Part shown: positions 18,643 to 28,444 of the stretch, piece after piece | How the letters are laid out: every line of letters begins with the position of its first letter | How positions within the stretch are numbered: position 1 is the stretch's first letter | NCBI GenBank assembly: GCA_040394995.1 | Contig: JBEBRE010000004.1 | Coordinates: 825-64,824 of the forward strand | Length of the DNA stretch: 64,000 bases | Direction: 5' to 3' | From: Sphingobacterium wenxiniae | GTDB lineage: Bacteria; Bacteroidota; Bacteroidia; Sphingobacteriales; Sphingobacteriaceae | Notes under the pieces: generated by a model | Databases searched by the model: none | Seen by the model: only the letters and a program-made list of their open reading frames with translations | What the model was told of the DNA's origin: nothing | Program-made: the position numbers and the translations under genes

Positions 18643-19410
18643 CTATTCCAGCTCCAAAACGAGGCCATCATAAGCCACAAAAACGCCATCAGGCAATGTC
18701 CTTTCAATATCGATGTGTTTGCCAAACCGATGGCTGATATGTATCAGATAGGTGGTTTTTGCTTGGATCTCCTGTGCAAAGGCAATGGCTTCTTCTTTGG
18801 TGAAATGCGAGATGTGCGGTTCCTCCTGCAAAGCATTGATCACCAATATCTCTATGCCTTGTAGTAAGGCCTTTGATTCGTCAGGAATAGTTTTGGCATC
18901 TGTTATATAAGCAAAATTATCAACACGAAATCCCATGACAGGCATCTTGTAATGCATCACTTTAATGGGCAAAATCTGTTTTCCTCCGATAACAAAGGGT
19001 TGCCCCGGATAAATTTCTTTCAGTTCCAAGCGCGGCACGCCAGGGTATTTAAATTCACTAAAAGCATAATAAAATTCCCGTCGAAGGGCATCATGGGATT
19101 CTTGCGTACCATAGATGGGTATGGACTCCTGCTGTTGATAGTTGTATGCCCGCACATCATCCATTCCCGCAATGTGATCCTTGTGCGAATGTGTAATCAG
19201 CACGGCATCCAAGCGTTTCACTTTCGCCCGTAACATTTGATAGCGAAAGTCTGGACCGGTGTCCGCCACAATATGCTGATCGGCGTATTCCATCAGAATA
19301 GATGTCCTTAATCGCTTATCCTTGGCATCATCCGATTGGCATACCGCACACGGACAGGCGATGACAGGAACACCTTGAGAAGTACCGGTACCTAAAAATG
19401 TGATTCTCAA
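18643..19410 (-). CDS. MBL-fold metallohydrolase (PhnP-like)
   Basis: LGTGTSQGVP..C.C..C, THSHKDH. Confidence 0.9.
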   Translation of the reverse strand: MRITFLGTGTSQGVPVIACPCAVCQSDDAKDKRLRTSILMEYADQHIVADTGPDFRYQMLRAKVKRLDAVLITHSHKDHIAGMDDVRAYNYQQQESIPIYGTQESHDALRREFYYAFSEFKYPGVPRLELKEIYPGQPFVIGGKQILPIKVMHYKMPVMGFRVDNFAYITDAKTIPDESKALLQGIEILVINALQEEPHISHFTKEEAIAFAQEIQAKTTYLIHISHRFGKHIDIERTLPDGVFVAYDGLVLELE

Positions 19411-19679
19411 ACCGAAAGTTGTGCTTTTTTAATGGTTTTATAAAATTCTTTCTTCCTATCGTCCAATACAGAAGTATCCACATCCATTTCCCACAAGAGT
19501 TGTATCAATGACTGAATTTTCACCTCTAATGTGGAAAATTTGTTGACCACAATTACCTTGGTATTTTGCAACACACAAGCTCCTGTACGAAAAGAACCTT
19601 TTTCAAAGCGCAATTTGTAGCCCAGATCGTGGAATAAATCTTCTAATTTTCCTAAGTTATGCTGCGTATATGAAATCAC
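19407..19679 (-). CDS. Conserved hypothetical protein
   Basis: RFEKGSFRTGACVL motif; 4-nt overlap with downstream gene; GTG start. Confidence 0.75.
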   Translation of the reverse strand: MISYTQHNLGKLEDLFHDLGYKLRFEKGSFRTGACVLQNTKVIVVNKFSTLEVKIQSLIQLLWEMDVDTSVLDDRKKEFYKTIKKAQLSV

Positions 19680-19805
19680 CTCTTCTTATATTTTGGAGCA
19701 AAATAATAAACTTTATGCGCTTTTGGAATCTTGGATCGCCTTATTTTTCATTATCATGTGTTTAAAAGGCAATGAAGCTATCATAAGCATATTTGGACGA
19801 TATAC

Positions 19806-20804
19806 TTATGATGGTCTTAACAGCAACTCGTTTATATATTGCTTTATAAAGCCTGTTCCATAAGCAATCAACTGCGTATAGGCCGCGATAACCGACAAAA
19901 CTGCCACTTTTAGATTTTTCGTCGTGACCCAAGCATGAAGAAACAAAAACAAGGTGTAAAAGAGGAGAAATAGGTTACCCATTTGTGCTAAAGCATGTAC
20001 CACGGTTATCGCTCCATTGGTCCATACGTTCAACAGGTTTAAAAAGATCAAGCTGATAAGCCCACCCACAAACAAGGAGGGCAAAGCATGTACCAGCTTT
20101 AATTCCGAAGGATAAAGCTGGTAGATATCGATCCTCCCTTTGCCAAAGGAATGGGTTTGTTTAAAGAATTGAAAGAAATCCGCCCTGCGCTTGTGGTAAA
20201 CAAAGGCTTCAGGAATCAATCCGACACGAAAGCCGTTCGACAGCATACGGATGCTGAATTCAATATCTTCTGAACGACGAGAGAGTTTAAAACCTCCTGT
20301 TTTTTCGTATACTTCTTTAGATATCCCCATGTTAAAACTCCTCGGGTGGAACTGTCCGACATGCTGTTTATTTCCCCGAATGCCACCCGTAGTGAAAGGG
20401 CTGGTCATGGAATAGGATATGGCTTTTTGAATGGCTGTAAAGGAATGGTGCGCGGCATCGGGACCGCCAAAAGCATCCCATCGATCGCGATCTAACCCCT
20501 GCAGGACCGATAGCAAATAATCGTTGGGAACAAGAATGTCCGAATCGAAGACAATGTAATAATCGCCTTTAGCTTGTGAAAAACCATAATTCCGGGCAAA
20601 TCCCTGTCCTTCATTGACTTTCGCATAATAGTGAACATCCAGCTTATCCCGGTAGGACTCCACGATATCCTGAGCCGGCATGGATGAGCCATCTTCCACC
20701 ACAATGACCTCAAAACCTTTATACTGTTGCGATGTTAGGGAATCCAGCAGCTCCTTGATTTCCTGAGGCCGATTGTACAAAGGAATGATAATCGAAAAAA
20801 ACAT
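19806..20804 (-). CDS. Glycosyltransferase family 2
   Basis: FSIIIPLYN, EDGS, FDSD, C-terminal TM helices. Confidence 0.92.
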   Translation of the reverse strand: MFFSIIIPLYNRPQEIKELLDSLTSQQYKGFEVIVVEDGSSMPAQDIVESYRDKLDVHYYAKVNEGQGFARNYGFSQAKGDYYIVFDSDILVPNDYLLSVLQGLDRDRWDAFGGPDAAHHSFTAIQKAISYSMTSPFTTGGIRGNKQHVGQFHPRSFNMGISKEVYEKTGGFKLSRRSEDIEFSIRMLSNGFRVGLIPEAFVYHKRRADFFQFFKQTHSFGKGRIDIYQLYPSELKLVHALPSLFVGGLISLIFLNLLNVWTNGAITVVHALAQMGNLFLLFYTLFLFLHAWVTTKNLKVAVLSVIAAYTQLIAYGTGFIKQYINELLLRPS

Positions 20805-20805
20805 A

Positions 20806-21756
20806 TCAAACCACCCTTTCGATATGGTATTTATTGCGTTCGGAAGAATTTCTGGATACCAGCTCGGCAATAAATCCGGTAAGGAAAAGTTGTGTGCCAA
20901 TCAAAATAGCTGCTAACGACAGATAAAACAACGGCTGGTCTGTAATGTTACGGTAAGGTGTGCCATTGGCGATACTCATCAATTTTTCGAAGATGAGATA
21001 GCAGGTGATAAAAAAACCAATCACAAAGCTTAACACACCGATCGTGCCAAAAAAGTGCATGGGCCGCTTGCCAAACTTACCCACAAAAAAGATAGACAAT
21101 AAATCCAAAAAACCCTTGATAAATCGCCCCGGACCAAATTTGGTCTTGCCATATTTACGCGGATAATGTTGCACAATCTGTTCCTGAATATTCCGGAAAC
21201 CGGCCCATTTGGCTAGCACAGGGATATACCGGTGCATCTCTCCATATACCTCAATACTCTTGACCACATCCTTACGGTAGGCCTTCAATCCGCAATTGAA
21301 ATCATGCAGATTGTGAATGCCTGACATACTACGGGTAACGGAATTGAATAGTTTTGTCGGAACCGTTTTGGTTAAGGGATCATACCGTTTCTGTTTCCAT
21401 CCCGAAACCAAATCTGCACCTCGATTGATAACCCTATCATATAGTTCGGGAATTTCATCCGGACTATCCTGCAGATCGGCATCCATCGTGACGATCACCT
21501 CTCCTTGTGCCACTTCAAACCCTACGTTTAACGCCGCAGATTTACCATAGTTTCTCCTGAATTTGATACCCAAAATCTGCTCATGCTGCTGCTTTAGCGT
21601 TTCGATCACTTTCCACGAGGAATCGTTACTGCCATCATCTATTAAAATAATTTCGTAGCTAAAATGATGTTGTTGCATGACCCTCCGAATCCAATCGGTC
21701 AGCTCAGGCAATGATTCTTCCTCGTTATATAACGGAATGACAACTGATATGTCCAT
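20806..21756 (-). CDS. GT2 polyprenyl-phosphate glycosyltransferase (ArnC/GtrB-like)
   Basis: IPLYNEE, IDDGS, RNYGKS, MDADLQD, two C-terminal TMs. Confidence 0.92.
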   Translation of the reverse strand: MDISVVIPLYNEEESLPELTDWIRRVMQQHHFSYEIILIDDGSNDSSWKVIETLKQQHEQILGIKFRRNYGKSAALNVGFEVAQGEVIVTMDADLQDSPDEIPELYDRVINRGADLVSGWKQKRYDPLTKTVPTKLFNSVTRSMSGIHNLHDFNCGLKAYRKDVVKSIEVYGEMHRYIPVLAKWAGFRNIQEQIVQHYPRKYGKTKFGPGRFIKGFLDLLSIFFVGKFGKRPMHFFGTIGVLSFVIGFFITCYLIFEKLMSIANGTPYRNITDQPLFYLSLAAILIGTQLFLTGFIAELVSRNSSERNKYHIERVV

Positions 21757-21759
21757 GTT

Positions 21760-22386
21760 CTACTGATTCTCTTGCCAAGGATGGGCCGCATCGCCACTAT
21801 TTTCAGCCTTTAAAAAGGCAGGTCTTTCTCGTTTAAAAATGGCTGCCAATATCAATGAGAAAACAAAATACATAATCAACGTCAAACCTATCCCTTTCAA
21901 GATTTGACCCAAAGAAAATGTACGCAACTCTTCTCTTGCCTTTTCCAGTTCAGCCACTTGTTTGTCGATCATTTCATCATCTGCACCCACACTTTCCAAT
22001 TTTTCAATGGTAAAGTTGATGGTTTTATCAAACACCACTTGCTGAGGCTCGGGATTGACTAAATTGAAAACTGACGAACCAACCTGCGATATCAAGACGG
22101 AAATGGCCAACATCAGGAAAATACTTTTCAACGCTTGGCTAAATGACCAATATCCCCCGGCAGTCTTCCTCAATAACGACGAAAAGTAAACAGACAGGGC
22201 AATGACAACCACAAAGAATAACCCGCTAGATACGATAGATCCGATCATGAAATTAGAGGCGTTCATGAGCATATATACGGATACAATACTGAGGACCAAT
22301 ACGATTATGCCTATATAAAGGCCATACTTTATACTTTCTTTTCTTACTTCCGCCTCTGCGAACGTTGTGTTAAAGTCGTTACTCAT
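21760..22386 (-). CDS. DUF4199-like membrane protein
   Basis: Four TM helices with a soluble loop; position upstream of GT2. Confidence 0.75.
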   Translation of the reverse strand: MSNDFNTTFAEAEVRKESIKYGLYIGIIVLVLSIVSVYMLMNASNFMIGSIVSSGLFFVVVIALSVYFSSLLRKTAGGYWSFSQALKSIFLMLAISVLISQVGSSVFNLVNPEPQQVVFDKTINFTIEKLESVGADDEMIDKQVAELEKAREELRTFSLGQILKGIGLTLIMYFVFSLILAAIFKRERPAFLKAENSGDAAHPWQENQ

Positions 22387-22392
22387 AATTTA

Positions 22393-23058
22393 TTATTTAA
22401 AGTTTACAATAATTTGATAGATAGCCGTATCCAATGATTTGTTTGGTGCCGACTCCTCAAATTCGGCCAATTGGCTTTCAGACGGATGCCGTTCATTGAA
22501 GAAGCTCATCAATCCATAAAACAGATCTTTTAATTCATCCTGAGGTGATAGTGTTTTCGATACTTTGGCGATTTCGGCATAGTTACTCTCTACTAAAATC
22601 TGATTAGCAATCACTTTCTCATAGATATTGTACTCATCCTGAAACTCATCTTCCTCCACCAGCAAAAACTCCTTCATATAATCTTCTAAGGATGGCTCAA
22701 TTTCCTCGTCCGCACATTCCCGAAGATATAAAAAGATGTTCAACAGTTCAGTACCACGGTCAATGGTCGCTTCTTCGATACTCTCCCATTCCGGAGACTC
22801 CAAATAATCTTCTTCCAACAATTGGGCATCTTCCGCAAAAAAGTTGATCATCAACAAGTCGAAATAGATCTCGCGCAGTTCTTCAAATTTTTGGTAATCG
22901 TCGAAAACTGCATCCATTGCCTCTACTTTTGCCATAAAAGGAGCTGTATTGTCAAAAACAGCTTCCAATTCCTTTTCAAATGTGGCAAATTCTATCCCTT
23001 CTGCTTTGGCATAAGTCTCTATACCAGCTTGGAAAGCGTTGTGTACTTTTGTATCCAT
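22393..23058 (-). CDS. Very acidic hypothetical protein
   Basis: 221-aa ORF tightly packed in the pyrC operon; high E/D content. Confidence 0.75.
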   Translation of the reverse strand: MDTKVHNAFQAGIETYAKAEGIEFATFEKELEAVFDNTAPFMAKVEAMDAVFDDYQKFEELREIYFDLLMINFFAEDAQLLEEDYLESPEWESIEEATIDRGTELLNIFLYLRECADEEIEPSLEDYMKEFLLVEEDEFQDEYNIYEKVIANQILVESNYAEIAKVSKTLSPQDELKDLFYGLMSFFNERHPSESQLAEFEESAPNKSLDTAIYQIIVNFK

Positions 23059-23061
23059 GGG

Positions 23062-24330
23062 CTAAATATACGGAATAAACTGATTATTATGGACAACAAG
23101 ACGCACCCGTCCCGTCAATTCCTGTCCGATCAAAGGGCTGTTGCTCGCTTTAGATCGGTTCGCCTTCTCATCGAACGTCCATTTTTCTGTGGTGTTAAAC
23201 ACAACTAAATTTGCCTTTGACCCTACTTTCAACGACGGAACATCCAATTGTAATATCTTGCGAGGTTGTATGGCCAATTTTTCCACAATGGCTTCTTCGT
23301 CCAAACCAGCTTTTATTAAAAAGGGCAATACGGTCTGAAGTCCTATTATGCCTTCCTTAGCAATATGAAATTCCACATTTTTAAATTCGACCTCATGTGG
23401 TGTGTGTTGCGAAACCACTGCATCGATGGTACCGTCTTTTAAACCCTTTAGAAGGGCTTTGACATCATTCTTGGTACGCAAGGGCGGATTTACCTTATAG
23501 TTGCTATCAAAACCGGCTACCTCTCTGTCGGTAAGCACTAAATTATGTGCGGCAACATCACAGGTAACTTTCAATCCTTTCGCTTTGGCTTTCTTGATCA
23601 GATCGACTGATTCTGCTGTTGAAATAGTTGTAAAATGAATAGGCGCTTCATTATATGCCGCTAAAAACAAATCACGGGCCACCATCAACGATTCCGACAG
23701 ATTGGGTTTGCCCTTCATGCCCAGATACGTGCTCACCTCACCTTCATTCATTTGGTTGCCTCCTGAAATGGACTCATCCTCAGGAAAAGAAATAATCAGC
23801 CCACCGAATCCCTTGCTATACAACAAGGCCCTTCCCATAACGCCTGCCTGTTGCACACTGCGATTACCGTCACTGAAAGCAATAGCACCTGCAGTCTTCA
23901 TATCGTAAAGCTCAGCAAGCTCTTTTCCCTCCCGCTTTTTACTAATAGCTCCTATGGGATAGACATCCACTAAATTGCCTTTGGCACGATTGACCACCAA
24001 AGCCACTTCCGATCGGCTATGGATAGGAGGATTGGTGTTCGGATGCACAGCTACACCGGTAAAGCCTCCTGCTGCCGCGACCTCTGTACCCGTCTCTATA
24101 TCTTCTTTGGTTTCCAGCCCCGGCTCTCCGAAAGTGGCGTTTAGATCAAAAAAGCCAGGAGAAGCTACGCAACCTGTACCGTCGATCACCTGTACCTTTT
24201 TATCGTTTAGTTTGATATTTTTAGCAATCTTACCAATATTTCCGGTTTCGATCAAAATATCAACTACTTGTCCGTGTTGGGTATGTCCGGGCGATAACAA
24301 TTTGACGGAAGAAATTAATATATTATCCAT
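23062..24330 (-). CDS. pyrC: Dihydroorotase family protein (possibly the inactive PyrC' type)
   Basis: GEPG, AAAGGFT, KVNPPLR, GTID; canonical DxHxH replaced by DLNAT. Confidence 0.85.
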   Translation of the reverse strand: MDNILISSVKLLSPGHTQHGQVVDILIETGNIGKIAKNIKLNDKKVQVIDGTGCVASPGFFDLNATFGEPGLETKEDIETGTEVAAAGGFTGVAVHPNTNPPIHSRSEVALVVNRAKGNLVDVYPIGAISKKREGKELAELYDMKTAGAIAFSDGNRSVQQAGVMGRALLYSKGFGGLIISFPEDESISGGNQMNEGEVSTYLGMKGKPNLSESLMVARDLFLAAYNEAPIHFTTISTAESVDLIKKAKAKGLKVTCDVAAHNLVLTDREVAGFDSNYKVNPPLRTKNDVKALLKGLKDGTIDAVVSQHTPHEVEFKNVEFHIAKEGIIGLQTVLPFLIKAGLDEEAIVEKLAIQPRKILQLDVPSLKVGSKANLVVFNTTEKWTFDEKANRSKASNSPLIGQELTGRVRLVVHNNQFIPYI

Positions 24331-24540
24331 GAATAAAATATAGACCGTTTAAAATAAGCATGTTAGGATTGTTCTTAGCGAAGGGATGAAACAGTTGGTA
24401 AATAATAAAGAAGGTATTTGTTTTTTCCACTGAAAAATCAATGAAAAACGGAATATAACCAACCTGTTTTGACAGCTGTTTCATTGAAGAGCAAATGTAC
24501 AAATTATATTGACACCCTATTTTATAAAATGCTTGTTTTT

Positions 24541-25113
24541 TTATGAACTTCCCCATGAGTAGCTATCCACTGGTATATCTGCCAGCGACAAAACCCGATC
24601 GACGACCGTAGCGACCAGCTCTTCCATTGTTCTGGGCAAGCTATAGAAAGAGGGACTAGCCGGACAGATAATGCCACCCGTCTGCGTAACAAGCGCCATA
24701 TTCTGTATGTGTATGGCATTAAGCGGCGTTTCCCGGGTAACCAATATCAATTTTCTGCGCTCCTTTAGCATCACATCAGCTGCCCTCGTTGTTAAATCTG
24801 AAGATACCCCATTGGCGATGCGCGCAAGTGTCCCCATAGAACATGGACATACGATCATGGTATCAAACCTTGCTGATCCTGAAGCAAAAGGGGCCATAAA
24901 GTCATTTTTATTATAAAATGTAAAAGGGTAATCCTTGTAAGCTTCGTTTTCCAATTCAAATTTCCATACGTCTTTTGCATTGTCAGACATTACAACGCCA
25001 ACAGCCTCCACCCGATCGACTAAAGTAGCCAACTTATCCAACAACAATTTGGCATAAATCGAACCACTTGCCCCAGTAATGGCTATCACTATTTTTCTTT
25101 TTGGGATCATCAT
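24541..25113 (-). CDS. ubiX: Flavin prenyltransferase UbiX
   Basis: ITGASG, ASGS, PCSMGTL, RAADV.LKERR, RETP. Confidence 0.95.
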   Translation of the reverse strand: MMIPKRKIVIAITGASGSIYAKLLLDKLATLVDRVEAVGVVMSDNAKDVWKFELENEAYKDYPFTFYNKNDFMAPFASGSARFDTMIVCPCSMGTLARIANGVSSDLTTRAADVMLKERRKLILVTRETPLNAIHIQNMALVTQTGGIICPASPSFYSLPRTMEELVATVVDRVLSLADIPVDSYSWGSS

Positions 25114-25299
25114 ATATAGAACAAATATACATGAAGATTTTAAGAGCTACACAAGGACACACAAAAATAGTCAAGACATGGCCTTTGTCGTGTGTTCCCA
25201 ATGTCTGGGTTTATATTCTACACAAACCAACAAAGTATTCCGGATCGTGAAGATCACGAATCAGAGCGATGGGATGAACACTACTCATAGGGGAAAAAC

Positions 25300-25372
25300 A
25301 AAAAAAGGGTCGAATAATAAGAAATATTCGACCCTACATCTACCTATGAAAAACATGCCCTTGGGGAGGGCA
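25300..25372 (-). ncRNA. Candidate small RNA (~70 nt)
   Basis: TTTG(25407-04)-N20-AATATTTG(25383-76); 5' hairpin TGCCCT/AGGGCA; 11-bp terminator stem AGGGTCGAATA/TATTCGACCCT plus T run. Confidence 0.55.
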
Positions 25373-25888
25373 GTACAAATATTGGCTTAAAAAATAATGT
25401 TTACAAACTATTCACGTATAAATTCGAAAACTGTAGATTTTTAGCTACGAAATTTGGATAAATTTGTTGTTTTTCATAACAAAAACCCATTAAGTCGGCC
25501 ATTTTAGAGAGAAGTCGACTAACTCTAATATAAGCAATTCATCATCATGGTAAATCTTTCCAAGACGGGCATTAGCTTCTAAAGATAGAAGGTAATTGTA
25601 ATCAGCAATAAACAAATACGTCATTTCAAGCGTCTTCCCTGAACACTTTCGGGAGCGAAGACCCCGAGGGGAGATATAATCACCATATATTATATAACAT
25701 AGCAGGCTCGTTCGACTAAACCTGTACTGAGCTTGACAAAGTGCCTAGGGTGATAGCGCTGTCCTTTTTTGAATAAGAAGACAATAATTGAACACGGGTT
25801 TTTATCTTTTGGTCAGCCAGTAAATATTCGGAATATTTCGAGTAATTTTCGTGTTTTTTTAGTTATTTCGTGTGCAAATACCACATGT

Positions 25889-26542
25889 ATGAGTTTACAG
25901 AAGTTAGAAGAATATATTGAAACGGGAAACCATCACGATTTGGAGATTTTGTTAACCAGCGAACCGGAATTGTTACGGGAAATGACCAGCCACGACATAT
26001 CTCCTCTATTGCTGGCTTGTTATTATCACAAGGACCAAGTGATCCAGACGATATTAAAACACCTAACGAGCATTAGCATCCACGAGGCCTGCGCCATCGG
26101 CCTGGCACAACATGTGGAGATGATGGTAAAACAAAAGCCGGATGTGATAGACGAAATATCGAGCCATGGCTTTACCCCTTTGGGCATCAGTACCCATTTT
26201 GGACAAGAAGAGGTCGTACGCATTCTTTTATTAAAGCACGCCGATCCCAATGTATGCTCGCAAAATGGTTACCATGTCTATCCCATACACACCGCACTGA
26301 CGGGTCAGTATGACTCGATCGGCAAAATGCTTATCGAAGCCGGAGCGGAAGTGAATGTTGTACAAAATTCGCGTATCACGCCCTTGCATATCGCTGCCCA
26401 ACAGGGAAACATAGAAATGATCATTTTGCTTTTAGAGAACGGTGCCGATATTTCCATCAAGACCGATTCCGGGATGACAGCATCTGATTTAGCCCTAGAA
26501 AAAGGCCATAAGGAAATAGCTGAAATTCTGAAAGTCAACTAA
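25889..26542 (+). CDS. Ankyrin repeat protein
   Basis: SPLLLA, GFTPL, TPLHIAA..G repeats; ATG at 25889. Confidence 0.9.
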   Translation: MSLQKLEEYIETGNHHDLEILLTSEPELLREMTSHDISPLLLACYYHKDQVIQTILKHLTSISIHEACAIGLAQHVEMMVKQKPDVIDEISSHGFTPLGISTHFGQEEVVRILLLKHADPNVCSQNGYHVYPIHTALTGQYDSIGKMLIEAGAEVNVVQNSRITPLHIAAQQGNIEMIILLLENGADISIKTDSGMTASDLALEKGHKEIAEILKVN

Positions 26543-27816
26543 GTCTTCATCAAATATACACCTATGGGACATTGCAGACAGTATTTGCAATCACAGTACT
26601 GTGTTTTAAGCTGCAACATGGCTTGAGATTCCGTTGCAGAAACCGCTTGCAGACCTATCTCCTTAAACTTCCGGGTAATAACATTGCTTTCGGGCGCTAT
26701 ATCTTCCAACCAATGCAACGCTTTTTCCTGAAAGGCGATATTGTCCGTATATTTTCCATAGCTAAAAACAACAGGCGCAAAAGCATTGATAATCAAATGT
26801 TCCACAAATGCTTCAGACAGAACTGTCGGATGTTCTGATGAACTCTTTTCCAAACCGAAATGGCTACACCAAAAGCGGGATGCTTTCACAGGAGATAAAG
26901 CCTTTTTGAACAAATCAAGATCCTGTACATTCATTGTTTGGGAAAATAACAAGGGATAGGCCGCATATAACGCTGCCAATTGGGCCAAGCGAAAAGTGGG
27001 GAAATTATACGGACGCATCCGCATAAAACGCCAAGCAAAGCGATCCACTTCTTTAAGCTGGTGCAATTGTTTCAAATAAGCATATTCCTGTTGTAATTTT
27101 TTCAAATAACCATCCTCCACATGCTGACCCAAAAAACCAGCTTGTCCCAAAAACAGCGCTTCAATTTTTATCGGTTCATCTGCATATTTCTGAATCAAGA
27201 TCACGGGAATGAGTGTTCCCAACGTGAAAAAAATCTCTGCGTTGACTTTCATGCCAAAACTCCGGCAAAGCATCACAAACAGGATTCGCTCCCAATCGCC
27301 TTGAAATTGCTCCACAAGCGTGTAAATCTGATGAAATCTAAGGTTCAACCGCTCGACAAGCATGCGTTGGAGGGTCTGTACTTTCACCACATCGGGAATG
27401 TTTCTCATCTCTGTGCTACAGGGAATCCACGATAAGTTTTGCACGATCTGCTCATAGCGGTGGCGTAGCCCCGGGTCTACGAGCGGTTGTAAGTATAAAC
27501 AAGGAATAGGTGTTCCATCTGCTCTCGAAACGGCAATGGGGTTTCCCCATACCACATGCAAGATGACATTGTTGTAGGCTTTATCTGTATGATGACCGTG
27601 CTTTCGCCAGTCAGCACCATCCACATGCATCTCAACATGTCCGTTCCAAATAGTCTCACCGATTTTTATCTTGGCAAACAAAAAATCCGGACCGGCATCT
27701 TTATTATGTATGCCGACCTCCAATATCCTAATAGGTTCACCGTCTTGGCCAAAAAGATCTAACTGGTTAAATAGCCTAAATTGCCAGACGAAGTGTACAA
27801 ACTCTTCTGCAATCAT
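26539..27816 (-). CDS. DUF2851 family protein
   Basis: AGPDF, GHVEMH, HGHHTD.AY..VILHVVW, RPYNFPT.RLAQL, C-terminal Cys cluster. Confidence 0.88.
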   Translation of the reverse strand: MIAEEFVHFVWQFRLFNQLDLFGQDGEPIRILEVGIHNKDAGPDFLFAKIKIGETIWNGHVEMHVDGADWRKHGHHTDKAYNNVILHVVWGNPIAVSRADGTPIPCLYLQPLVDPGLRHRYEQIVQNLSWIPCSTEMRNIPDVVKVQTLQRMLVERLNLRFHQIYTLVEQFQGDWERILFVMLCRSFGMKVNAEIFFTLGTLIPVILIQKYADEPIKIEALFLGQAGFLGQHVEDGYLKKLQQEYAYLKQLHQLKEVDRFAWRFMRMRPYNFPTFRLAQLAALYAAYPLLFSQTMNVQDLDLFKKALSPVKASRFWCSHFGLEKSSSEHPTVLSEAFVEHLIINAFAPVVFSYGKYTDNIAFQEKALHWLEDIAPESNVITRKFKEIGLQAVSATESQAMLQLKTQYCDCKYCLQCPIGVYLMKT

Positions 27817-28168
27817 GCCTAAATATACAAAATAAAAACAAAAATCAAATATGCCAATTTTTAACCGTTCATAGACGGGCACGGTTTCATTCATCTGTGT
27901 AAGATCATTAACGACCGTGAGATAAATGTGGATCAAACAAATTTCTAGGGACAAAAGACAAATTCACTTAGCCTAAAACCATCGAAATCTTTTGTTCATC
28001 CCAACTTTGGAGGAATCTATAAACTATGCAAATAATGAATATTTTTATGCTAATTCTTGTAAAGATGCTTGATCCGTAAATGTGATCTGCAAGGCAACAC
28101 ACGATCCGACAGGCTATCATCCAATCATGACATACAATACTGAAAAAATGAAGGAAATTGGAAAAAAG

Positions 28169-28242
28169 TGCGCTCAAAGGGAGTCGAACCCCTAACCTTC
28201 TGATCCGTAGTCAGATGCTCTATCCAATTAAGCTATGAGCGC
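28169..28242 (-). tRNA. tRNA-Arg (ACG)
   Basis: GCGCTCA acceptor stem, anticodon arm TCTGA-CTACGGA-TCAGA, T-loop GGTTCGACTCC; CCA not encoded. Confidence 0.97.
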
Positions 28243-28444
28243 TATTTACAATGTAACCAACCATTATTAGCGTTGGTTTTTCGTGTGGCAAATATCGAGA
28301 CTTTTTCTTATTTTCCAAATTAATTTACAAAATTTAGCCGATGGAGAATGGATGGCATGGTTTGTGCCGTTCCCTGATTGCCGGTTGGCTTAAATCAATA
28401 TTATTCGGCAATAATGACTACATTTAAAATCAATTTCTAACGAT

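Noticed and set aside
18643-19410. Metallo-beta-lactamase resistance gene
   Set aside because: PhnP-like cytoplasmic hydrolase without a signal peptide
25079-25390. 103-aa plus-strand ORF
   Set aside because: Overlaps the ubiX start, has no motifs, and runs across a minus-strand promoter/terminator unit
25705-25745. Degenerate CTGAGCTTGxC(G/A)AAG-type REP
   Set aside because: Single decayed copy; too weak to call
27820-28242. tRNA-Arg as integration site of an island
   Set aside because: No integrase and no duplicated tRNA 3' end seen in the window
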